Of a stretch of 64,000 nucleotides of DNA, positions 13,520 to 27,000 are shown one piece after another (position 1 is the stretch's first letter; each line of letters starts with the position of its first letter). Under the pieces are notes generated by a model, which saw only the letters and a list, made by a program, of their open reading frames with translations, was not told the origin of the DNA and ran no database searches. The DNA comes from Eledone cirrhosa (Eukaryota), in the NCBI GenBank assembly GCA_964016885.1, contig OZ024765.1, forward strand, positions 18,972,001 to 19,036,000, in the 5' to 3' direction. The position numbers were made by a program, and so were the translations under genes.

Positions 13520-14985
13520 ATCATCATCATCATCATCATCGTCCATCTTCCACGCTAGCATGGGTTTAGACGGGAGTTGTCCCACTTGAGGCAAGATTGG
13601 TCGGGTGACCAGGTCTCGCTCATATAGGGCTGTCTGGCAGGTTTTCTACGGCTGGATGCCCTTTCTAACACCAACCATATTTACAGTGCGAACTGGGAGG
13701 TTTTTACCGTGTTACCTACATGACCACATTACAGCGTGGACTGGGAGCCTTTCACCATGTCTCCTACACAACCACATTTACAGTGTGGACTGGGAGCTTT
13801 TTACTGTGTTACCTACACGACCACATTACAGCGTGGACTGGGAGCCTTTCACCATGTCTCCTACACAACCACATTTACAGTGTGGACTGGGAGCTTTTTA
13901 CCGTGCTACCTACACGACCACATTACAGCGTGGACTGGGAGCCTTTCACCATGTCTCCTACACAACCACATTTACAGTGTGGACTGGGAGCTTTTTACCG
14001 TGCTACCTACACGACCACATTACAGCGTGGACTGGGAGCCTTTCACCATGTCTCCTACACAACCACATTTACAGTGTGGACTGGGAACTTTTTACCATGT
14101 CACCTACACGACCACATTACAGCGTGGACTGGGAGCCTTTCACCATGTCTCCTACACAACCACATTTACAGTGTGGAGTGGGAGGTTTTTACCGTGCTAC
14201 CTACACGACCACATTACAGCGTGGACTGGGAACCTTTCACCATGTCTCCTACACAACCACATTTACAGTGTGGACTGGGAGCTTTTTACCGTGCTACCTA
14301 CACGACCACATTACAGCGTGGGCTGTGTGTTTTTTTTTTGTCGTGACACCTACACGACCTCATTTATTTAGTTTCTAATTTTGGCACAAGGTCAGCAATT
14401 ACCCAGTACATTACCGGTACTTTATTTTATCAACCCCGTAAGGATGAAAAGGCAAAGTTAACCTCGACGGGATTTGAACTCAGACCGTAAAGGGACATAA
14501 CTATGCTAGTCCTGCATGGCATCCAACCCTCTACCGATGCTGCCAATTCACCGTCCTCATTTATTTAGGACTGGATGTTGTGGTACCAACATAACTTTAC
14601 AGAGAAAGGGGTGGTGTAGATGGGGGTGGGGGAGTTGGGGTAGTGGGACGGGGGGGGGGTTATTTTTGATTAAGTGGTGCCTACTGACTGTAGGTTTCGC
14701 TTTGTACTTAGGCAATGCGGGTCTTCTGTATTACTGCGTAGCGCCAAAGATCTCGATCCAGTGACATTGTCTTGGAGAGGTGCAGGTGTGTAAGGTCGGA
14801 ATTTATCAAATCGTCCCAGGTTTTTCTGGGTCTGCCTACTCCGTAACTTCCAGCAATTTTGATCACCCTGCACTTTTTTATACAGCTGTCGTCTTTCATG
14901 CGCATCACGTGACCATACCAACATAGTCTTCTTTCGAGTAAACAGCATCTGATCCCTCTTATTCCTAATTTCTCACTTAGTTCAT
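13520..14985 (-). mobile_element. 5'-truncated RTE family A copy with a 97-bp tandem array in its 3'UTR, interrupted by a SINE
   Basis: C-terminal ORF piece RRLCWYGHVMRMKDD...GRPRKTW (14708-14985); ggga(g/a)cctttcacc every 97 bp from 13743 to 14228. Confidence 0.9.
14372..14554 (-). mobile_element. tRNA-derived SINE (family 1) with a 14-bp TSD
   Basis: TSD cctcatttatttag at 14358-14371 and 14555-14568; homologous to 46141-46325. Confidence 0.9.
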
Positions 14986-15039
14986 ATCCAGCAGAGCATA
15001 CAAAGCATGTAAAGCACACTTACACAAAAGAATTTACAT

Positions 15040-18000
15040 ACATACACATAAACACACACATACATACATATACATAAATGCATACAAAAACACACACAGA
15101 AATAAAGAGCCTTACCCAAATACACACACACACACATGCAGAAATAAATATGCTTACATAAACACACACACATACATATACATAAATGCATAGAAAAACA
15201 CACACAGAAATAAATATGCTTACATAAACACACACACATACATATACATAAATGCATAGAAAAACACACACAGAAATAAATATGCTTACATAAACACACA
15301 CACACATACATATACATAAATGCATACAAAAACACACACAGAAATAAATATGCTTACATAAACACACACACATACATATACATAAATGCATACAAAAACA
15401 CACACACAAATAAATATGCTTACATAAACACACATACATACATATACATAAATGCATACAAAAACACACACAGAAATAAATATGCTTACATAAACACACA
15501 CACATACATATACATAAATGCATACAAAAACACACACAGAAATAAATATGCTTACATAAACACACACACATACATATACATAAATGCATACAAAAACACA
15601 CACAGAAATAAATATGCTTACATAAACACACACACATACATATACATAAATGCATACAAAAACACACAGAAATAAATATGCTTACATAAACACACACACA
15701 TACATATACATAAATGCATACAAAAACACACACAGAAATAAATATGCTTACATAAACACACACACATACATATACATAAATGCATACAAAAACACACAGA
15801 AATAAATATGCTTACATAAACACACATACATACATATACATAAATGCATACAAAAACACACACAGAAATAAATATGCTTACATAAACACACACACATACA
15901 TATACATAAATGCATACAAAAACACACAGAAATAAATATGCTTACATAAACACACACACATACATATACATAAATGCATACAAAAACACACAGAAATAAA
16001 TATGCTTACATAAACACACACACATACATATACATAAATGCATACAAAAACACACAGAAATAAATATGCTTACATAAACACACACACATACATATACATA
16101 AATGCATACAAAAACACACACAGAAATAAATATGCTTACATAAACACACACACATACATATACATAAATGCATAGAAAAACACACACAGAAATAAATATG
16201 CTTACATAAACACACACACACATACATATACATAAATGCATACAAAAACACACACAAAAATAAATATGCTTACATAAACACACACACACATACATATACA
16301 TAAATGCATACAAAAACACACACACAAATAAATATGCTTACATAAACACACATACATACATATACATAAATGCATAGAAAAACACACACAGAAATAAATA
16401 TGCTTACATAAACACACACACATACATATACATAAATGCATACAAAAACATACACAGAAATAAATATGCTTACATAAACACACACACATACATATACATA
16501 AATGCAAACAAAAACACACACAGAAATAAATATGCTTACATAAACACACACACATACATATACATAAATGCATACAAAAACACACACAGAAATAAATATG
16601 CTTACATAAACACACACACATACATATACATAAATGCATACAAAAACACACAGAAATAAATCTGCTTACATAAACACACACACATACATATACATAAATG
16701 CATACAAAAACACACACAGAAATAAATATGCTTACATAAACACACACACATACATATACATAAATGCATACAAAAACACACACAGAAATAAATATGCTTA
16801 CATAAATACACACACATACATATACATAAATGCATACAAAAACACACAGAAATAAATATGCTTACATAAACACACACACATACATATACATAAATGCATA
16901 GAAAAACACACACAGAAATAAATATGCTTACATAAACACACACACATACATATACATAAATGCATAGAAAAACACACACAGAAATAAATATGCTTACATA
17001 AACACACACACACATACATATACATAAATGCATACAAAAACACACACAGAAATAAATATGCTTACATAAACACACACACACATACATATACATAAATGCA
17101 TACAAAAACACACACAGAAATAAATATGCTTACATAAACACACACACATACATATACATAAATGCATACAAAAACACACACACAAATAAATATGCTTACA
17201 TAAACACACATACATACATATACATAAATGCATACAAAAACACACACAGAAATAAATATGCTTACATAAACACACACACACATACATATACATAAATGCA
17301 TACAAAAACACACACAGAAATAAATATGCTTACATAAACACACACACACATACATATACATAAATGCATACAAAAACACACACAGAAATAAATATGCTTA
17401 CATAAACACACACACATACATATACATAAATGCATACAAAAACACACACACAAATAAATATGCTTACATAAACACACATACATACATATACATAAATGCA
17501 TACAAAAACACACACAGAAATAAATATGCTTACATAAACACACACACATACATATACATAAATGCATACAAAAACACACACAGAAATAAATATGCTTACA
17601 TAAACACACACACATACATATACATAAATGCATACAAAAACACACACAGAAATAAATATGCTTACATAAACACACACACATACATATACATAAATGCATA
17701 CAAAAACACACAGAAATAAATATGCTTACATAAACACACACACATACATATACATAAATGCATACAAAAACACACACAGAAATAAATATGCTTACATAAA
17801 CACACATACATACATATACATAAATGCATACAAAAACACACACAGAAATAAATATGCTTACATAAACACACACACATACATATACATAAATGCATACAAA
17901 AACACACAGAAATAAATATGCTTACATAAACACACACACATACATATACATAAATGCATACAAAAACACACACAGAAATAAATATGCTTACATAAACACA

Positions 18001-18870
18001 CACACATACATATACATAAATGCATAGAAAAACACACACAGAAATAAATATGCTTACATAAACACACACACACATACATATACATAAATGCATACAAAAA
18101 CACACACAGAAATAAATATGCTTACATAAACACACACACACATACATATACATAAATGCATACAAAAACACACACAGAAATAAATATGCTTACATAACCA
18201 CACATACATATACATAAATGCATACAAAAACACACACACAAATAAATATGCTTACATAAACACACATACATACATATACATAAATGCATACAAAAACACA
18301 CACAGAAATAAATATGCTTACATAAACACACACACATACATATACATAAATGCATACAAAAACACACAGAAATAAATATGCTTACATAAACACACACACA
18401 TACATATACATAAATGCATACAAAAACACACACAGAAATAAATATGCTTACATAAACACACACACATACATATACATAAATGCATATAAAAACACACAGA
18501 AATAAATATGCTTACATAAACACACACACATACATATACATAAATGCATACAAAAACACACACAGAAATAAATATACTTACATAAACACACACACATACA
18601 TATACATAAATGCATACAAAAACATACACAGAAATAAATATGCTTACATAAACACACACACATACATATACATAAATGCATACAAAAACACACACAGAAA
18701 TAAATATGCTTACATAAACACACACACATACATATACATAAATGCATACAAAAACACACACACAAATAAATATGCTTACATAAACACACACACATACATA
18801 AATGCATACAAAAACACACAAAAATAAAGAGCCTTACCCAAATACACACACATGCAGAAATAAATACGCT
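15040..18870. repeat. ~66-bp (64-68) minisatellite, ~57 copies
   Basis: Unit cacacagaaataaatatgcttacataaacacacacacatacatatacataaatgcatacaaaaaca, with (CA) length variants. Confidence 0.97.
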
Positions 18871-19419
18871 TACACAAACCCATACATACATACACACACA
18901 CACACACATATATACACAGTCAGAAAAATTCTTCTACAGAAACATACATATACATATATATATAGACACATAGACACGCACAAACATACACAGCCACACA
19001 CATATATACACAAACATACACCCACATAGACACACAAATGCATGCACAAATACACACACATACACACAGGGAGAAATAAACGGCCTTACAAAAACACATA
19101 CATACACACAAAGATACATACTCATACACACACATATACATACATACACACACAGATACATACCCATACACACACATAGACACACACACTCACATATACA
19201 CACATACACTCAAACACATACTGACACACACACACACACACTGACACACATATATATACCCACACAGACAGACAGACAGACTCAAACACACTGACGCATA
19301 TATACACACACACACAGACACACACAGATACACACACACAGACACAAACACACACAGACACACACAGATACACACACACAGACACAGTCACACACTGACA
19401 CACACACACTGCCACAAAC

Positions 19420-20950
19420 AGCCCCCCACACACACTGCCATACAGCCTCACACACACACAGCCACACTGCCACACACAGCCACACTGCCACACACTGCCA
19501 AACACACACACTGCCACACACACAGCCCCACACACATACACTGCCACACACGCAGCCCCACACACAGCCACACACAGCCTCACACACACACTGCCACACA
19601 CACATACACTGCCACACAGTCTCACACACACTGCCACACAGCCATACGCATACACAACCACACACGCACAGCCCCCCCCCACACACACTTACACAACCCC
19701 ACACACACACTGCCATACAGCCTCACACACACACAGCCACAGTCAAACACACACACAGCCACACACACACAGCCACACAGCCACACACAGCCTCACACAC
19801 ACACAGCCACACACAGCCTCACACACACACTGCCACACACACACACACTGCCACACAGAGTCTCACACACACACTGCCACACAACAACACACACAGCCAC
19901 ACACACACACAACCACACACACAGCAAAACACACACACACACACACACACAGCCACAGTCACACACACACAACCACACACACACACACACAACGAGACAC
20001 ACACAGCCGCACACACACAACCACACACACACTGCCACACACACACACCCACAACCACACACACACACAGCCACACAGCCACACAACAACAACACACTGC
20101 CACACACACAGCCACACACACACAACCACACACACACATCCACACACACACACAGCCACACACACAGCCACACACACGCTGCCACACACACACACAGCCA
20201 CACTGCCACACAACAACACACACAGCCACACACACACAACCACACACAGCCACACACACACACAACCACACACACACACTGCCACACACACACACACACA
20301 CAGTCACACAGTCACACACACACATACACAACCACACACACACTGCCATACACACACACACAACCACACAGCCACACACACACAACCACACACACACAGC
20401 CACACAACAACACACAGCCACACACACCCACACCCACACACAGCCACACACACCCACACCCACACACATCCACACACACCCACACCCACACACATCCACA
20501 CCCACCCACACCCACACACAGCCACACACACACACACAACGAGACACACACAGCCGCACACACACAACCACACACACACTGCCACACACACACACCCACA
20601 ACCACACACAGCCACACACACACACAGCCACACACACACTGCCACACAGCCACACAACAACAACACACTGCCACACACACAGCCACACACACACAACCAC
20701 ACATCCACACACACACACAGCCACACACACACTGCCACACACACACACACACAGCCACACTGCCACACAACAACACACACAGCCACACACACACAACCAC
20801 ACACAGCCACACACACACACAACCACACACACACACACTGCCACACACACACAGTCACACAGTCACACACACACACACATACACAACCACACACACACTG
20901 CCATACACACCCACACCCACACACAGCCACACACACACACACAACCACAC
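19420..20950. repeat. Degenerate (CA)n with cagcca/ctgcca/caacca interruptions
   Basis: Directly visible; a complementary-type tract lies at 21175-21550. Confidence 0.9.
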
Positions 20951-21286
20951 ACAGATCAACAGATCATCACTGTCAACAATGAGGTCGATCTTAAATCCAC
21001 AGAGGAAAAAATAAAACAAATAAAGAGGCAAGGAACGCCCACGTTTCAGGAACTACGTCACAGCATGTATGACTGACGTCACTGGAATGTGTGTACACAG
21101 CCAAATAATTAGATTTTTTGACGTCACAGCATAAACACCTTTTCATTCACTCAGACGTTCATTCAAGCTTTTATGTGTGTCTGTGTCTGTCTGTGTCTGT
21201 GTGTGTGTGTGCGGCTGTGTGTGTGTGTGTGTGTGTGGCTGTGTGTGGCTGCGTGTGTGGCTGTGTCTGTGTGGTTATGTGTGTGG

Positions 21287-21324
<38 letters not shown>

Positions 21325-21550
21325 TTGTGTGCGTGTGTGTTGTTGTGTGGCTGTGTGTGTGACTGTGTGTGGCTGTGTGTGTGTGGCTGTGTGTGTGTGG
21401 CTGCGTGTGTGGCTGCGTGTGTGGCTGTGTGTGTGACTGTGTGGCTGTGTGTGTGTGGCTGCGTGTGTGACTGTGTGTGGCTGTGTGTCTGTGGATGTGT
21501 GTCTGTGGATGTGTGTCTGTGTGTGTGGTTGTGTGTGTGTGCGTGTGTGC

Positions 21551-21660
21551 GATTGTAATTTGTTTGTTTCAATATTTTTAAACGACTGTATGTAAAATAC
21601 CCGCCATGTGTCTTTGTATTGTCCCCTTTTCTTGTGCGCCCTTGTGGCAAATAAAGAAAG
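21551..21660 (+). mobile_element. 3' terminus of a LINE (Tx1/L1-like) ending in AATAAA-gaaa
   Basis: T-rich 3'UTR-like sequence leading to ...cccttgtggcaAATAAAgaaa; the clade is inferred. Confidence 0.5.
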
Positions 21661-23263
21661 ATATCTATCTATCTATTGTCCCCTTTTCTTGTGCTCCCTT
21701 GTGGCAAATAAAGAAAGATATCTATCTATCTATTGTCCCCTTTTCTTGTGCGCCCTTGTGGCAAATAAAGAAAGATATCTATCTATCTATTGTCCCCTTT
21801 TCTTGTGCGCCCTTGTGGCAAATAAAGAAAGATATCTATCTATCTATTGTCCCCTTTTCTTGTGCTCCCTTGTGGTAAATAAAGAAAGATATCTATCTAT
21901 CTATTGTCCCCTTTTCTTGTGCGCCCTTGTGGCAAATAAAGAAAGATATCTATCTATCTATTGTCCCCTTTTCTTGTGCTCCCTTGTGGCAAATAAAGAA
22001 AGATATCTATCTATCTATTGTCCCCTTTTCTTGTGTGCCCTTATGGCAAATAAAGAAAGATATCTATCTATCTATAGTCCCCTTTTCTTGTGCACCCCTG
22101 TGGCAAATAAAGAAATATCTATCTATCTATCTATTGTCCCCTTTTCTTGTGCTCCCTTGTGGCAAATAAAGAAAGATATCTATCTATCTATTGTCCCCTT
22201 TTCTTGTGTGCCCTTATGGCAAATAAAGAAAGATATCTATCTATCTATTGTCCCCTTTTCTTGTGCACCCCTGTGGCAAATAAAGAAATATCTATCTATC
22301 TATCTATAGTCCCCTTTTCTTGTGCGCCCCTGTGGCAAATAAAGAAAGATATCTATCTATCTATTGTCCCCTTTTCTTGTGCTCCCTTGTGGCAAATAAA
22401 GAAATATCTATCTATCTATTGTCCCCTTTTCTTGTGCGCCCTTGTGGTAAATAAAAAAAGAAATATATCTATCTATCTATTTTCTCCTTTTCTTGTGCGC
22501 CCTTGTGGCAAATAAAGAAATATATCTATCTATCTATTGTCCTCTTTTCTTGTGCGCCCCTGTGGCAAATAAAGAAAGATATCTATCTATCTATTGTCCC
22601 CTTTTCTTGTGCGCCCCTGTGGCAAATAAAGAAAGATATTATCTATCTATTGTCCCCTTTTCTTGTGCTCCCCTGTGGCAAATAAAGAAAGATATCTATC
22701 TATCTATTGTCCCCTTTTCTTGTGCTCCCTTGTGTCAAATAAAGAAAGATATCTATCTATCTATTGTCCCCTTTTCTTGTGCTCCCTTGTGGCAAATAAA
22801 GAAAGATATCTATCTATCTATCTATTGTCCCCTTTTCTTGTGCTCCCTTGTGGCAAATAAAGAAATATCTATCTATCTATCTATTGTCCCCTTTTCTTGT
22901 ACGCCCCTGTGGCAAATAAAGAAAGATATCTATCTATCTATTGTCCCCTTTTCTTGTGCTCCCTTGTGGCAAATAAAGAAAGATATCTATCTATCTATTG
23001 TCCCCTTTTCTTGTGCTCCCTTGTGGCATATAAAGAAAGATATCTATCTATCTATTGTCCCCTTTTCTTGTACGCCCCTGTGGCAAATAAAGAAAGATAT
23101 CTATCTATCTATTGTCCCCTTTTCTTGTGCTCCCTTGTGGCAAATAAAGAAAGATATCTATCTATCTATTGTCCCCTTTTCTTGTGCTCCCTTGTGGCAA
23201 ATAAAGAAAGATATCTATCTATCTATTGTCCCCTTTTCTTGTGCTCCCTTGTGGCAAATAAAG
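21617..23263 (+). repeat. 57-bp tandem array, ~29 copies, of a putative LINE 3' end plus (TATC)n
   Basis: Unit tattgtccccttttcttgtgc(g/t)cccttgtggcaaataaagaaagatatctatctatc. Confidence 0.95.
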
Positions 23264-23696
23264 TAAAATATCTATCTATCTGTCTGTCTCCATCTGTCTA
23301 TATATATATATGTATGTATATATACATATATATATATATACATATATATATATACATCTATATATATATGTATATATATATATACATATACATATATATG
23401 TATATATACACATATATATATATATACATATATGTATATATATATGTATATATACATATATGTATATATATATGTATATATACATATATATATATGTATA
23501 TATATATATATGTATATATACATATATGTATATATATATGTTGTTATACTTTGGGAGGGTCATGTTGCCAATAAGAAACACACGCACCAGTTGCTTTCAC
23601 TTCAATTTAATTTAATATATATTTATAAATTTACAAATTTATAAATTTCTGGTTGGTTGGTTGGTTCCACAACCAGATAGTTGTTTATATATATAT

Positions 23697-23741
23697 AGTC
23701 ATAGTTCTTTCGTCACACACTCTGTGACCTCTTCAGTGACT
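23697..23741 (-). ncRNA. Minimal type I hammerhead ribozyme of the PLE
   Basis: Mirror of 31379-31423. Confidence 0.85.
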
Positions 23742-24037
23742 GGGGATTTCTTTCTTCGTTTCTGTGCCTTTCCTTTCTTCTATCCTACGCCATTTTGTTT
23801 GTGTGTGGGTTGCGTGCTCAGTTTGCGCATGTGCCACATCCGGGTGTCTGTGTGTGTTTGTGTTCATTTTTTTATTTTTATATTTTTATTTGTTTGTTTA
23901 TTTATTTATTTATTGTTGGTTGGTTGTTTGTTCTATGTGTGTGTGTGTTTTCATTTTGTCTTGTGTGTGTTTTCATTTTGTGTGTGTTTTCAATTGTAAG
24001 TTGTTTATATGTGTGTGTGTGTGTTTTCATTTTGTCC

Positions 24038-27000
24038 TTAATTGTAAGTTGTGATGTTGCTGTTCCACTCATATTTTCTATTTAATTTTGGTTTTAATTC
24101 TTTTATGCTTACTGCCTCTGTAATTTGCCTAAACATTGCGTCTTTCTTGTGTGTGGATTCTATTTTTATTTCTATGCTCTCTAATTTACCCCTGTGTTCT
24201 ATCTTAGCATGTTGGTAGAGCACAGATGATTCTTTACTATCTTGGAGGTCTCGCCAGTGTTCATTTATTCGTTCCCCTATACTACGAGCTGTCTCACCTA
24301 TGTACACTATATTTTTGTTTCTACATTGTCCCTCAGTACATCTTATGCTATATACTACATTTCTAGTTTTACAGTTAATATGGGGGCTTATTTTACAGGT
24401 TATACATTTCTTATCTATACATGAGGGTCTTTGGAACGGGTATGTCTTGCTAATAAGTGTTTTTACGGAGGTACCAGGTCTTTCTACTATCTTAATATTG
24501 AGATTATGTTTCTTTAGGGCCCTTCTAAATTTGTAGGCTAGTTCACCTCTAGGGGTTGTATTGATGAACATTACACTCTGGTATTTATTGCTATCATACC
24601 ATGAGTTTATTCTATTGGCCTTGTTCTTAGTTCTTTCTATTCTATTCCAAAATTTGCTCCTATACAAGGGGCAGGTCCCATTTATGTCATTATTTACCAT
24701 TTTTTCCCATTTGGTTCTGGCTCCTTTATACACTCTGATTCTATCTCTCTGATTGTAGCCAGAGAACTGCATACGGTGGATGAAGTGTTGTATGTGTCTC
24801 TCTAGTTCTTCGGGGTTGCACATGCGGGACACATTTCTCATCACCCGTATCAAATCCGCAATCAGTATGTTGATTTTGGTATGGTCCGAAATGGCCGAGT
24901 TTCGGTGGATCAGATGTTTGGAAGTCATGGGTTTGGCATAATGGGAATGGAGGATTTGTTTTTGGTTGTTAATAGTATCTAACCAGAGCTCTGTGTCTAG
25001 TACAGGTAATCGATGGTTGGGGTGTCTACTTGGGTAGTCTATAGTAACTCTAATGCTCTGGTGGATGGAGTTTGCTATTTGCTGGATGCTTTCCATTGTG
25101 TTTTTCTCAGGTTCCTGACTGTTCTTTAGTGGGGGTGTCTTAACTACGATGTTTATATCATCTACGTAGCGGGAGTACATTATCAGGGTTAATCTGTCTT
25201 CTAATTGTTCTTTAAGTTTTTGTTTAAGTCTACTGTCCCACCATACCATGAACAAGTTAGCTATGTCGCCTGCAATGCTAACACCAATGGCTGCTCCTTC
25301 CTCTTGGGCATATGTTTTACCATTAAATTTGAACATATGTTCCTTAAGGGTTAATTTTTTGCTGGCCCCTACCGCATGTGCAATCATTTTCTTCAGTTCA
25401 TCGTGGTTTTCGGGTGTCCGTATGGCTCTGGTCCACCCGTTCCATCTATCTGTGTGGGTTTTCTTGGCCATTGAGGTAATGGTAGGTGGTCTGCCTCTTG
25501 CTGGTCTTGTAGGGCACAGGTTGCTAAGGTCATAAGTGTCTAGGTAACTATTACTATGGGTAAGCTTAAGTAGAAGTCCCAGCTCACTGGTATCAATCCC
25601 ACGGAACTCAACCTTGCTCTCGCTGATCATTTCGACGCATTTCTCCACAGCAAAATCCACGTCAATAGATGGATACAGGGACACAACATCCATACTGCCT
25701 ATTATGCAGTTTGTTAGGTCCCCAGATCGGTTACCCGCGCCGATTCTGCTGAGGAGGTCCTCCGTGCTGTCACACACATCTGGGGACATCTCAATGATGG
25801 GGCGTATGATCAGGGAGAGGAAGTAGGACAGTCTGTAGTTACTAGCAATGTTAGCCCCACAGACTGGCCGTGTTGGTGGTCCCGCGACAGGGTCCCAGCC
25901 CGTTTTATGGTCTTTTCGAAGCCCATACAACGCCGGCACGTCATTGTTCCAGGCCTGGAAGTTGTTGGCAGTCCTTTTGTTGGGCTGCATTATATTTGTC
26001 CACATCACCATATGGGCATTGAGGGTTTTTTCTCTGTCCTCATGCTCCTGTGGTGTTACCTCTCTTGTGTTAGTGATGTGGGGTTGCATTGCCTGGATGT
26101 AGTTTGGCAGGCTGTCAACCGACATTCTGCCAGACTTGTCTGTTGGAAAGCATGCTATCTCTCCATTACGCGAGCGCTGCATGAGCTTACGCAAGCCATT
26201 TGCAGATTCTTCTCCCAGTTGCTGGGCCTCTATTCTATTATGCTTCTTGCTATACTGTTCTATAATATTTCTAAGTTCGGATTTAGCTATACTAAATTGT
26301 GCTTCTGTTTGTTCATCGACCTGCGACGGCAACTGCGTGCGTTTGTTAAATGGCAAAGTCGTGGCGTGGACTCGTCGTAGGTCGAATGATTTATCGGAGT
26401 GGTTATAAAACGGAGAGTTCCAGGCTGCTGCTTTATGTGTACTTGCGCTATTGTTAGTTGTGTTGTTTCTATTTCCACCAACAGCAGCAGCCTCAGCTTC
26501 ATGGTTGTTTCTATGTCTCTCATAATTACTCCTGTCTCTTTCCACTGGCTCAATGTTGTTATCTACCCTATTTTGTGTGTCTGTGTGTTCGTCTTGGTTA
26601 TTCTCTTTGTCCTTAGTCTCCCTACTCCTTTTAATCCTATTACTTTCTCTTATTTCTCTGATTTCTGTGCTACTGTCATTACTTGTTTTCTGTGTCTGTG
26701 TGTTTGTTAAGATTGTAGTGGTGGTGAGAGGCATTGAATGTGTGTGTGTTGTTGTTGTTGATGTGTGTTGTTGTTGATGTGTGTTGTTGTCTCCGTGTGT
26801 GTGTGTGTTATCGTTGTTGTGTGTGTTGTTATTGTTGTTTGTGTTTGCGTGTCTGTTGTTGTTGTATCTGGGTATGTTGCTGTTGTTGTTGTTGTTGATG
26901 TGTGTGTTGTTGTTATTGTTGTCTCCGTGTGTGTTGTTATTGTTGTTTGTGTCTGCGTGTCTGTTGTATCTGGGTATGTTGCTATTGTTGGTATTGTATC

